Of a stretch of 64,000 nt of DNA, positions 10,067-19,137 are shown one piece after another. The position numbers and the translations under genes were made by a program. Source of the stretch: an uncultured SAR86 cluster bacterium (GTDB lineage: Bacteria; Pseudomonadota; Gammaproteobacteria; Magnimaribacterales; D2472); NCBI GenBank assembly GCA_902628085.1, contig CACOLO010000005.1, positions 35,368 to 99,367 of the forward strand. Reading direction: 5' to 3'. The notes under the pieces were generated by a model. The model saw nothing but the letters and a program-made list of their open reading frames with translations, was not told the origin of the DNA and did not search any database. The first letter of the stretch is position 1. Every line of letters begins with the position of its first letter.

Positions 10067-11262
10067 AAAAGGTAGTTTCAGTAATAGGGCTTGGTTATAT
10101 AGGCCTGCCTACTGCCTCATTACTTGCCAATAATGGATACTTAGTTAAAGGTTGTGACAAAAATCCTGATATAGTAAATTCGGTCAATGAAGGAAAATGT
10201 CATATCGTTGAACCTGATCTTGATGATAATGTCAGCAAAGCTGTTCATTCTGGAAATCTGATAGCATATGAAAATCCTCAAGCAGCTGATGTGCATGTTA
10301 TTTGTGTTCCAACTCCTTTTGATGATTCTTCAGAAATACCGTCCCCAAACATAGAATATGTACTGAGCGCTGCAAAAAGTATTATTAATCTTATTAAAAA
10401 AGATGATTGCATAATTCTCGAATCAACATCGCCTGTAGGAACAACAAATAAGATCAAAATTTTATTTGAAGGAGCTGGACTAGATGTTAATTCAATCAAT
10501 ATCGCCTATTGTCCTGAAAGAGTTCTACCAGGAAACATAATGAATGAATTAGTAGATAACGATAGAATTATTGGTGGTATTGATGATAAATCGTCAAAAG
10601 TTATATCTGCATTTTATAGTAGTTTCGTTAAGGGCGATATTTACACAACTGATGATAAGACTGCAGAAATGTGTAAATTAACTGAAAATAGTTTTCGTGA
10701 TGTTAACATTGCTTTTGCAAATCAATTATCAATCATTTGTGATAAAGAAAACATAGATGTTAATGAATTGATTAATTTAGCAAATAAACATCCAAGAGTT
10801 GATATCTTGAATCCAGGTATAGGAGTTGGTGGGCATTGTATACCTGTTGATCCGTGGTTTATTGTTTCAAAAGATCCTAAAAATAGTCAGCTTCTAAGGG
10901 TTTCTAGGCAGATAAATATGAGCAAAACTAATTGGGTATTTAATAAAATAATAGATGAAATCAATCAATTTAAGCTTAAAAATTCATTTATCCCCAAAAT
11001 CGCTTGTTTAGGATTAGCCTATAAACCCAATATTGATGACTTAAGATGTTCTCCTGCTTTAGAAATTGTAGATTTACTTTTTAAGGAGGGTATCGATCCT
11101 ATCTTAGTGGAACCAAATATCAGTGTTCATGAAAAATATAAAATTCATTCATTGAAGGACGCGGCTGAAATTGCAGATTTATTTTTTATTTTAGTAGGTC
11201 ATGATGAATTTTCTATGATGAATGAAGAAAATACTTTTGACTTTTCAGGACTTAAAAAATAA
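10063..11262 (+). CDS. wecC: UDP-N-acetyl-D-mannosamine dehydrogenase
   Basis: 399 aa. It has an N-terminal VIGLGYIGLP Rossmann motif and the catalytic region GVGGHCIPVDP. It is translationally coupled to wecB. Confidence 0.85.
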   Translation: MKKVVSVIGLGYIGLPTASLLANNGYLVKGCDKNPDIVNSVNEGKCHIVEPDLDDNVSKAVHSGNLIAYENPQAADVHVICVPTPFDDSSEIPSPNIEYVLSAAKSIINLIKKDDCIILESTSPVGTTNKIKILFEGAGLDVNSINIAYCPERVLPGNIMNELVDNDRIIGGIDDKSSKVISAFYSSFVKGDIYTTDDKTAEMCKLTENSFRDVNIAFANQLSIICDKENIDVNELINLANKHPRVDILNPGIGVGGHCIPVDPWFIVSKDPKNSQLLRVSRQINMSKTNWVFNKIIDEINQFKLKNSFIPKIACLGLAYKPNIDDLRCSPALEIVDLLFKEGIDPILVEPNISVHEKYKIHSLKDAAEIADLFFILVGHDEFSMMNEENTFDFSGLKK

Positions 11263-11272
11263 TTTTTCTTAG

Positions 11273-12442
11273 ATGAAAATCTTGGTATTAAGTTTTTATT
11301 TTCCACCAGATCTAAGTGCAGGATCTTATAGAATGAGTGGCTTGGTAGATGAGTTATTAAGTACCAGCAATGATATTGAAATTGATATTTTCACAACAAA
11401 ACCAAATAGATATAAATCATATAAACCTCAAATAAATGATAAATATAATCACAGAATAAATATTCATAGATTTGATACATATAATCATAATAATAATTTC
11501 ATTGGTCAGGTTTTTGCTTTCATATTATTTGCATTTAAGGTTTTGAACAGCATTAAAAGAAAAAAGTGGGATATTGTATTTGCAACTTCATCAAGATTAA
11601 TGACGGCATACTTAGGTTCATTAATTTCCAAGAAAATTAATGCTCCTTTATATTTGGATATTAGAGATTTATTTGTTGATACTATAAAAGATTTACATTC
11701 AAGACTTTTAGGATTACCTCTTGGCATGTTTTTGAAATTTATTGAGCGAAAGACTTATCATCAGGCTAAAAAAATTAATTTAGTTAGCGAGGGTTTTAAT
11801 GATTATGTCAAAAATATTACACCAAACGCCAACATATCAAATTATACAAATGGCATTGACTTAGAATTCTTGATTTATGATTTTCAAAATAGAAATGAAT
11901 TTAAAAGTTTCATTCAAATTACTTATGCAGGTAATATTGGATCTGGACAAGGACTTGAAAAAATTATTCCAAACATAGCATCTATTGGCAGCAAGAACCT
12001 AAATTTTAAGATTATTGGAGACGGTTCAACAAAAGATTTACTTGTCAAAAAGTTACAAGAAAAAAATATTAGCAATGTTGAAATATTAAACCCAATATCA
12101 AGAGAAGAATTATTAGAAATATATAATGAAGCTGATATATTGTTTTTACACCTAAATGATGTAAAAGCTTTTGAAAAAGTTCTACCTTCAAAATTATTTG
12201 AGTATGCGGCTACAAAAAAACCAATTATTGCTGGTGTATCTGGATATTCAAAAAGCTTTATAGACGATAATATTAATGGAGCCTATACCTTTGAACCATG
12301 TAATGAAAACGAAATGCATAATCTGATTGAAAAAATTATTGAACAAAAAACTTTTTCATTCAAAAGAGAAGATTTTTGCAAAAGATTTGCAAGAAATGAA
12401 ATAATGATGAAAATGTCTAAAGACATTATTAATATAAAATAA
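11273..12442 (+). CDS. Glycosyltransferase family 4, WbuB-like
   Basis: 389 aa. It has the N-terminus MKILVLSFYFPPDLSAGSYRM and the C-terminal region LPSKLFEYAATKKPIIAG. Confidence 0.75.
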   Translation: MKILVLSFYFPPDLSAGSYRMSGLVDELLSTSNDIEIDIFTTKPNRYKSYKPQINDKYNHRINIHRFDTYNHNNNFIGQVFAFILFAFKVLNSIKRKKWDIVFATSSRLMTAYLGSLISKKINAPLYLDIRDLFVDTIKDLHSRLLGLPLGMFLKFIERKTYHQAKKINLVSEGFNDYVKNITPNANISNYTNGIDLEFLIYDFQNRNEFKSFIQITYAGNIGSGQGLEKIIPNIASIGSKNLNFKIIGDGSTKDLLVKKLQEKNISNVEILNPISREELLEIYNEADILFLHLNDVKAFEKVLPSKLFEYAATKKPIIAGVSGYSKSFIDDNINGAYTFEPCNENEMHNLIEKIIEQKTFSFKREDFCKRFARNEIMMKMSKDIINIK

Positions 12443-12443
12443 G

Positions 12444-13247
12444 ATGAAAATAAATAATATTGCACTGGTTACTGGTGGCTTTGATCCCCTTCATGAAGGA
12501 CATATTAAGTATTTTTCAGAAGCAAAAGAAGACATTGGATATTTAGTAGTTGGTTTAAATTCAGATACATGGCTAGAGAGAAAAAAGGGATTTAACTTCA
12601 TGAGCTGGAGTGAAAGAGCAGAAATTATAAGTAATTTAAAAATGGTCGATGAAGTTATTTATTTTGATGATAATGACGACACAGCAACTGATGCAATAAA
12701 TAAATGCTTAAAAAAATATAAAAATGTCACTTTTATGAACGGTGGTGATAGAAATCAAAAGAATATTCCTGAATTAAAATATTTTCTTGAGGCCAATGTA
12801 AAATTTAAATTTGGAGTTGGAGGTAATAACAAGTTAAACAGCAGTTCTGATATTTTAAGTAAATTTTATAAAAACTATACTAAGACTGATAAAACTACTC
12901 ATCCTAAAATAGATGCTCCTTGGGGCAATCACCAAGTCATTTATGATCCTAAAAATAATTATAAAATTAAAAGAATCGTCGTCCATCCTGAAGCAATGTT
13001 AAGTTTGCAATATCATAATCATCGCTCAGAACACTGGATAATAGTATCAGGTGAATGTGAAGCTGAAATTGATTCAAAGAAATTAAAATTAAGGTGCGGA
13101 GATCATATATATATCCCTAAATTATCGATTCATCGAATTAAAAATATATCTAAAAATGATGATTTAGTTTTTGTTGAAATTAATATAGGAGACTATATTG
13201 AAGAGGACGACATTACAAGGATATCTGATATATACGGTAGAGCTTAA
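12444..13247 (+). CDS. Fusion protein: cytidylyltransferase-like (HxGH) nucleotidyltransferase domain plus type-II phosphomannose-isomerase-like cupin domain
   Basis: 267 aa. The N-terminus has GGFDPLHEGH (RfaE-II/TagD type). The C-terminus has SLQYHNHRSEHWIIVSGE, the ManC C-terminal cupin signature. Confidence 0.65.
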   Translation: MKINNIALVTGGFDPLHEGHIKYFSEAKEDIGYLVVGLNSDTWLERKKGFNFMSWSERAEIISNLKMVDEVIYFDDNDDTATDAINKCLKKYKNVTFMNGGDRNQKNIPELKYFLEANVKFKFGVGGNNKLNSSSDILSKFYKNYTKTDKTTHPKIDAPWGNHQVIYDPKNNYKIKRIVVHPEAMLSLQYHNHRSEHWIIVSGECEAEIDSKKLKLRCGDHIYIPKLSIHRIKNISKNDDLVFVEINIGDYIEEDDITRISDIYGRA

Positions 13248-13252
13248 AAATA

Positions 13253-14446
13253 ATGAAGTCAATAAATATTTTAGTTGTAGGAGCTGGATATGTTGGTATG
13301 TCTGTAGCGGCAATGCTGGTGCCAAAATACTTCGTCAAAGTTCTTGAAAAAGATAATCTAAAAATAGATAAAATTAATAATGGAATATCAACTCTTAATG
13401 ATGATGAAATTTCAAATTTATTAGCTTCAAACTTAGAAAATATATCTGCTTATGCAGCAAGTGATAACGTATACGATGGAATAGATATCATATTTATCTG
13501 TGTTCCTACCGACTACAATAATGAAATTAATGCATTCGATACCTCTCTAGTTGAAGATGCTATTAAAAAATCAAGAGAGAAGAATAGTGATTCTTTGATA
13601 GTCATTAAGTCTACATTGCCAATTAAATTTTTAGATAATTTTATTAAACAGCATTCAATAAAAAATGTAATTTATAATCCAGAGTTTTTACGAGAGGGCA
13701 GTGAGCTTTATGACAGCCTCAATCCATCAAGAATCATACTAGGCTATGAAGAAAAAAATGTTTCAAAGGAAAAAATTGAATTATTATGTGAAATTTATGC
13801 AGAAACAATTAAAAATAAAGATACTAAATATTTACATATGAGTTCAACAGAAGCAGAAGCAGTAAAACTAAATTCAAATGCATACTTGGCTATGAGAGTA
13901 GCCTTTTTTAATGAAATTGATAATTTTTGTTTAGATAACAACTTATCTACAAAAAAAATCGTCACTGGTATGTCTCTAGATCCAAGAATTGGAGATTATT
14001 ATAATAATCCCTCTTTTGGTTATGGGGGATATTGTCTACCAAAAGATACAAAGCAGCTTATAGAATCGTTTAAAGGCTTACCGAATAGTTTAATTAAATC
14101 GATTGATGAATCAAATAAAAATAGAAAGCTCTTTATTTCAAAGAAAATTTTTGATAAAAAAATAAAAAAAATAGGTATCTATAGAATAGTATCAAAATCT
14201 GGTTCAGATAATTTTAGAGAATCTTCAATTATTGATATTATTGATAATTTAAAAGCTTATTCATATGATTTAGCTATATATGAACCAAATATAAATGAAG
14301 ATTTTTTTCTCAACATTAAAGTTGAAAAGAGCCTTCAACATTTTAAACAAAATAGTCAAATGATTCTTGCAAACAGAATCGATAAAGAAATATATGATGT
14401 TGAAGATAAAATATTTTCGAGGGATATATTTAATACAGATTTATGA
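13253..14446 (+). CDS. ugd: UDP-glucose 6-dehydrogenase family protein
   Basis: 397 aa with VVGAGYVGMS, NPEFLREG and GYGGYCLPKD (catalytic Cys). Confidence 0.8.
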   Translation: MKSINILVVGAGYVGMSVAAMLVPKYFVKVLEKDNLKIDKINNGISTLNDDEISNLLASNLENISAYAASDNVYDGIDIIFICVPTDYNNEINAFDTSLVEDAIKKSREKNSDSLIVIKSTLPIKFLDNFIKQHSIKNVIYNPEFLREGSELYDSLNPSRIILGYEEKNVSKEKIELLCEIYAETIKNKDTKYLHMSSTEAEAVKLNSNAYLAMRVAFFNEIDNFCLDNNLSTKKIVTGMSLDPRIGDYYNNPSFGYGGYCLPKDTKQLIESFKGLPNSLIKSIDESNKNRKLFISKKIFDKKIKKIGIYRIVSKSGSDNFRESSIIDIIDNLKAYSYDLAIYEPNINEDFFLNIKVEKSLQHFKQNSQMILANRIDKEIYDVEDKIFSRDIFNTDL

Positions 14447-15045
14447 TAAATTTTATCAATATCGAAAAATCTGAGCCATATAATAAATTTGTCAGTTTTT
14501 ATGATCGAGCATCTTCAGAAAATCAAATAAATATTCAAGCCATGTGCATAAGTTCATATTCAACTGAAGAAAGTTTTGTAGATTCAAGATTTGTAAATCT
14601 AAAATATATAGATAGAAATAAGTGGACTTTTTTTTCAAATTATAATGGTCCAAAATCTAAACAATTTTTGTCACATGAGCAAATTTCAATTTTATTTTAT
14701 TGGAATTCTATCGATGTTCAGGTGAGAATGAGGGCTAATATAGAAAAAACTAGCAGCGAACTATCAGATGATCACTTTCTAAATAGATCTAATCTTAAAA
14801 ATGCTCTTGCAATATCTTCATTACAATCAAATAAAATTTCAAGTTACGAAGAGGTCCAAAAGCAGTATAAAGATGTATTAGATGATCCTGTTAAGTTATC
14901 AAAAAGACCAAACTATTGGGGTGGGTACAGTTTTACACCTTACTATATTGAGTTCTGGCAAGGCCATGAATCAAGAATTAATAAGCGTGAGGTTTTTGAG
15001 CATGTTAATAATGGAGATTGGAATTCTTACTTCTTGCAACCGTAG
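14443..15045 (+). CDS. pdxH: Pyridoxamine/pyridoxine 5'-phosphate oxidase
   Basis: 200 aa. The C-terminal PNYWGGY...IEFWQG...R and terminal ..LQP match PdxH. Confidence 0.8.
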   Translation: MINFINIEKSEPYNKFVSFYDRASSENQINIQAMCISSYSTEESFVDSRFVNLKYIDRNKWTFFSNYNGPKSKQFLSHEQISILFYWNSIDVQVRMRANIEKTSSELSDDHFLNRSNLKNALAISSLQSNKISSYEEVQKQYKDVLDDPVKLSKRPNYWGGYSFTPYYIEFWQGHESRINKREVFEHVNNGDWNSYFLQP

Positions 15046-15141
15046 AATATTTTATTTTTATGATATAAAATTACGCTAATGATTATTCAATCAATCTCAA
15101 TAATTAGTTTGTAAAACTATATATCCGTGTAGGTAAGCAAA

Positions 15142-15675
15142 ATAGTAACGTCATCCAAAAAAAGAAGCTCACCAATTAATGAAACTATATCTGCTGATAA
15201 AGTCTTATTGATAGATGCAGATGGAAATAAACAAGGATTAAAGCCAATTGATGAAGCTTTAAGAATTGCAAAAGATGCCTCACTTGATCTCGTTCAAGTA
15301 TCTTCTTCAGAATCTGAGCCCGTAGTTTGTAAAATACTTGATTACGGAAAACTTGTCTTTGAAAAGAAAAAAAATATATCAAATTCAAAAGCTAAAAAAA
15401 AGAAGACGACTGTCAAAGAGATTAAATTTAGACCTACTACTGATACAAATGACTATAATATAAAATTAAAAAAGATTAAAAGCTTTATTCTTGATGGAGA
15501 TAAGACTAAAATAAGCGTCCGTTTTAGAGGAAGAGAAATTTTAAATAGTGATATGGGAATTATTATTTTACAGAGATTAGAGAATGACTTGAAAGATATT
15601 GCTCAGGTTGATCAAATGCCTTCATTAGAAGGTAGACAACTTCTAATGGTGCTTTCACCACAAAAGAGAAAATAG
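15142..15675 (+). CDS. infC: Translation initiation factor IF-3; true start probably a non-canonical ATA at 15142
   Basis: The track ORF starts at an internal TTG (15208). The frame is open from 15133, and the upstream residues ..[23 protein letters not shown] match the conserved IF-3 N-terminus. AGG at 15131-15133 precedes the ATA at 15142. Confidence 0.85.
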   Translation: MVTSSKKRSSPINETISADKVLLIDADGNKQGLKPIDEALRIAKDASLDLVQVSSSESEPVVCKILDYGKLVFEKKKNISNSKAKKKKTTVKEIKFRPTTDTNDYNIKLKKIKSFILDGDKTKISVRFRGREILNSDMGIIILQRLENDLKDIAQVDQMPSLEGRQLLMVLSPQKRK

Positions 15676-15676
15676 C

Positions 15677-15868
15677 ATGGGTTATAAAATTAAAACACAT
15701 TCTGGAGCTGCTAAAAGATTTAAAAAATCAGGTTCTTCTATAAAATCAAGGAGTGCAAATAGAAATCATATTTTAACTAAACAGAGTACTAAGAGAAAAA
15801 GGCATAACAGAGGACTTAACAAAATGTCTGGAACTGTACTAAAAATGGCATCAAAGTTGGTAAAATAA
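15677..15868 (+). CDS. rpmI: 50S ribosomal protein L35
   Basis: 63 aa, [17 protein letters not shown]... It lies between infC and rplT. Confidence 0.95.
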   Translation: MGYKIKTHSGAAKRFKKSGSSIKSRSANRNHILTKQSTKRKRHNRGLNKMSGTVLKMASKLVK

Positions 15869-15870
15869 TT

Positions 15871-16218
15871 ATGGCAAGAGTAACAAAGGCATTAACAGCA
15901 AAATCTAAACACAAGAAAGTTTTATCAAAAACAAAAGGCCATTATGGCGCTAGAAGTAGACTTTATAAAACTGCAAAACAGTCAAATATAAAATCTTTAC
16001 AGTATGCCTTTAGAGATAGAAAAAATAAGAAGAGAGTATTCAGAAATCTCTGGATTTCAAGAATTAATGCTGGAGCAAAGACTTTGGATACCAACTATTC
16101 AGTTTTAATGTCAAAATTAAAGAATAAAAATATAGTAATCAATCGTAAGATGCTCTCAGATCTTGTTGTTAATGATCAAAAAGCATTTGAAAAAGTTGTA
16201 AAACTAGCACTTGACTGA
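15871..16218 (+). CDS. rplT: 50S ribosomal protein L20
   Basis: 115 aa, MARVTKA...HKKVL..TKG..GARSRLYK... Confidence 0.95.
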   Translation: MARVTKALTAKSKHKKVLSKTKGHYGARSRLYKTAKQSNIKSLQYAFRDRKNKKRVFRNLWISRINAGAKTLDTNYSVLMSKLKNKNIVINRKMLSDLVVNDQKAFEKVVKLALD

Positions 16219-16232
16219 TCACATATTGCTTT

Positions 16233-16958
16233 ATGTCAAAGCATGCTGAATTAAAGCCCCCTACAATCAATCACGATAAAGGTGCTCAGCATCCAATTAC
16301 CACTACTAAATATTTTATTCTTGATTTTTTGGAGGAGCTTGGTTTTCAAGTAATTGACGGACCTGAAGTTGAGACAGAAAAGTATAATTTTGATTTGCTT
16401 AATATAAAAAAACATCACCCTGCAAGACAAATGCATGACACTTTTTATTTGGATAATAAAACAAGTTTACTTAGAACTCATACATCACCAGTTCAAATTA
16501 GAGGATTGCTATCCAACAAACCACCAGTTGCTTTTGCCTCAGGTGGAAAGGTTTACAGAAAAGATGATGATGCAACACATCTACCCATGTTTCACCAAAT
16601 TGAGGGGCTTTTAGTAGATGAAGATGTTAATTTTTCTAATCTGAAAGACCTTATATATATGATTATAAATAAAATTTTTGGTGATGATGTAAAGATACAG
16701 TTCAGGCCTTCGTATTTTCCATTTACTGAACCCTCAGCTGAAGTTGATATTTTGTCATCCGATGGAAAATGGCTTGAAATTCTAGGCTGCGGCATTATTA
16801 ATCCAATTGTTTTAGAAAATTGCAACATCAATTCATCAAAATATAGTGGACTAGCATTTGGCCTAGGAATTGAAAGAATTGCTATGTTAAAGCATGAAAT
16901 CTATGACATTAGAGAGTTTTATAAATCTAATTTAGACTTTCTCAAACAATTTAAATGA
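16233..16958 (+). CDS. pheS: Phenylalanine--tRNA ligase alpha subunit, short form lacking the N-terminal coiled-coil
   Basis: 241 aa with HPITTT...GPEVETEKYNFDLLNIKKHHPARQMHDTFY, FRPSYFPFTEPSAEVD and GLGIERIAML. Only 14 nt separate it from the rplT stop. Confidence 0.9.
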   Translation: MSKHAELKPPTINHDKGAQHPITTTKYFILDFLEELGFQVIDGPEVETEKYNFDLLNIKKHHPARQMHDTFYLDNKTSLLRTHTSPVQIRGLLSNKPPVAFASGGKVYRKDDDATHLPMFHQIEGLLVDEDVNFSNLKDLIYMIINKIFGDDVKIQFRPSYFPFTEPSAEVDILSSDGKWLEILGCGIINPIVLENCNINSSKYSGLAFGLGIERIAMLKHEIYDIREFYKSNLDFLKQFK

Positions 16959-18862
16959 AATTATTAAAACAAGACATACATAAAAGAGTAAAAAAAATTT
17001 CGCATTTTGATGATATATCAAAAATGCTCTTGCAACTTGGACATGAGAACAATTTAGAGGACAGTCTTGTAGACTTAGAACTTACACCTAATAGGGGTGA
17101 TTGTTTTTCATTACTTGGTATTCTTAGAGATTTAAGTTGTTTGACAGAAACAAATTTAGAGTTTCCAATTTATGATGGAGAAATTGAAGAACTAGAACTT
17201 GCCTTCGAGAATTCAATACCCGAATTCTGTCCTCAAATTACATTTGCCTTGATTGAAATTGAAAATGACATTAAAAATTATAGAGACTATTTAGAAAACT
17301 TTTTCGCGATTCAACAAAAAAGTAAAATAAATTTTTTTACTGATATATCCAATTATCTATCCTATGAAATTGGACAACCAACTCACTGTTATGATTTTGA
17401 TAAGCTCAATACCTCCATTAAGCTTGAGCAGATTTCAAATAAATCAAAATTTGAAACATTAATAGGGCAAAATATTAGCCTTTATGGAGAAAATTATGTT
17501 TTTACTTCAAACGATGAAATAATTAATTTAGCTGGTGTAATGGGAGGAAAATCGACCTCATGTTCTAAAGAGACAAAAAAGATTCTTTTAGAATGTGCAT
17601 ATTTTGAACCAGAAAAAATAATTGGTACAAATTTAAAGTATGACTTAAATTCTGAAGCGGCTCATAAATTTGAAAGGGGCGTAGATCCTCAAGCACATGA
17701 TTTTGCTTTGAGAAGATTTTTACGTATTGTAAGTGATCATGTTGAAATTAGCTCTGTTAAGAGTAAAACTTTTGTTTCAAAAAAAATAAAATCAAAAAAA
17801 ATAGATTATGACTTAAATAAAATAAATAAAATTCTTGGAACAAATATTTCAGACAAATTCTACAAAGATAAATTAACAAAAATAGGATTTGATTTTTGTG
17901 ACAGCTCAATAATAGTTCCATCTCATAGGCATGATGTAGAGAGAATTAATGATCTTTCAGAGGAGATAGCAAGGATAATTGGCTATGATAGCATTTCAAA
18001 TAAAAAAATTAGCTTACCAAAACTTATTCAAAAACAAAATTTATATATAAAAAAACTGAAACAGTTTCTAGTAGATTTAGGCTTTTTTGAGGTAATTAAT
18101 TTCCCATTTGTAGATCATGAAAATAATAACAGTTTAAAGATTGATAATTCACTTGATTCTAATAAAAATTTTCTAAGAACTGACTTAAAAAGTTCGCTTA
18201 TAAACAATTTAGCATTTAATGAACGAAGACAGCATGATTCAATAAAATTTTTTGAAGTTTCTAATATCTATCATAACAACTACGAAACTAAGAATTGTAA
18301 AATTGGAATAATAGTTAGTGGAAGGCTTGGTCACAATTTTAATGATTTTTCAAAAAAAATTGATGAGAATTATCTTAAAGAGATAGTGGATGCCCTGAAT
18401 CCAACCAAGAAAATTGACATACTTGAAATTAAAAGAAGTTCAGTTGATTCAAAATCAAAGTATCCTATTTTTTATACTGAATTTGAACTGAATGACGAAT
18501 CAGAGAAAATTCAAAATTATGAGATTTTAAAAAAATTGGATTACGATCAGTTTGTTAAGTACTCAGAAATTTCTGGATATCCCTCTACTACAAGAGATCT
18601 TTCATTCGCTATAAGCACAAAAAGAGCATATGAAAAAATATTAGAATTACTATCTGAATATGAATCTCCCATTTTTAAAGAAGGTTTTGTTTTTGATTTC
18701 TATGAGAATAAAAATGATAAGACAATTAAAGTTGGTTACAGATTTGTAATTCAATCAAAAGATAAGACCCTTAATGAAAGTGAAATTAACGAATTTATGG
18801 GTGATATAATAAAGAAATGCTTAGATATAGGTGATGTAGAAATTCCTGGATTGAAATTATGA
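16955..18862 (+). CDS. pheT: Phenylalanine--tRNA ligase beta subunit, short form lacking the OB-fold tRNA-binding (B2) domain
   Basis: 635 aa. LTPNRGDCFSLLGILRDL appears at about residue 43, against about residue 170 in E. coli PheT. The B3/4, B5 and C-terminal domains are recognisable. Confidence 0.9.
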   Translation: MKLLKQDIHKRVKKISHFDDISKMLLQLGHENNLEDSLVDLELTPNRGDCFSLLGILRDLSCLTETNLEFPIYDGEIEELELAFENSIPEFCPQITFALIEIENDIKNYRDYLENFFAIQQKSKINFFTDISNYLSYEIGQPTHCYDFDKLNTSIKLEQISNKSKFETLIGQNISLYGENYVFTSNDEIINLAGVMGGKSTSCSKETKKILLECAYFEPEKIIGTNLKYDLNSEAAHKFERGVDPQAHDFALRRFLRIVSDHVEISSVKSKTFVSKKIKSKKIDYDLNKINKILGTNISDKFYKDKLTKIGFDFCDSSIIVPSHRHDVERINDLSEEIARIIGYDSISNKKISLPKLIQKQNLYIKKLKQFLVDLGFFEVINFPFVDHENNNSLKIDNSLDSNKNFLRTDLKSSLINNLAFNERRQHDSIKFFEVSNIYHNNYETKNCKIGIIVSGRLGHNFNDFSKKIDENYLKEIVDALNPTKKIDILEIKRSSVDSKSKYPIFYTEFELNDESEKIQNYEILKKLDYDQFVKYSEISGYPSTTRDLSFAISTKRAYEKILELLSEYESPIFKEGFVFDFYENKNDKTIKVGYRFVIQSKDKTLNESEINEFMGDIIKKCLDIGDVEIPGLKL

Positions 18863-19137
18863 ATATTACAAAAAAAGATTTATCTAGGAATATTTCTTCT
18901 AAACTAGGCTTAAAATATAAAAATGCAAATTTATTTATCAATTATTTTATAAATACTATCAAAATGAACTTGATAAAAAATAAAAATGTTAAAATTTCGG
19001 GTTTTGGATCATATACAATTAAAAGCACTCAAAAAAGAATTGGAAGAAACCCAAAAACTAAAGAATCATATATAATTAGCCCAAGAAAAGTGGTTAAGTT
19101 TAATGCATCAAAAAAAATTAGGGAGAATTTAAATTGA
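18859..19137 (+). CDS. ihfA: Integration host factor alpha subunit (HU/IHF family)
   Basis: 92 aa with SGFGSY...RIGRNPKTKE....PRKVVKF. It has the canonical position after pheT. Confidence 0.8.
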   Translation: MNITKKDLSRNISSKLGLKYKNANLFINYFINTIKMNLIKNKNVKISGFGSYTIKSTQKRIGRNPKTKESYIISPRKVVKFNASKKIRENLN

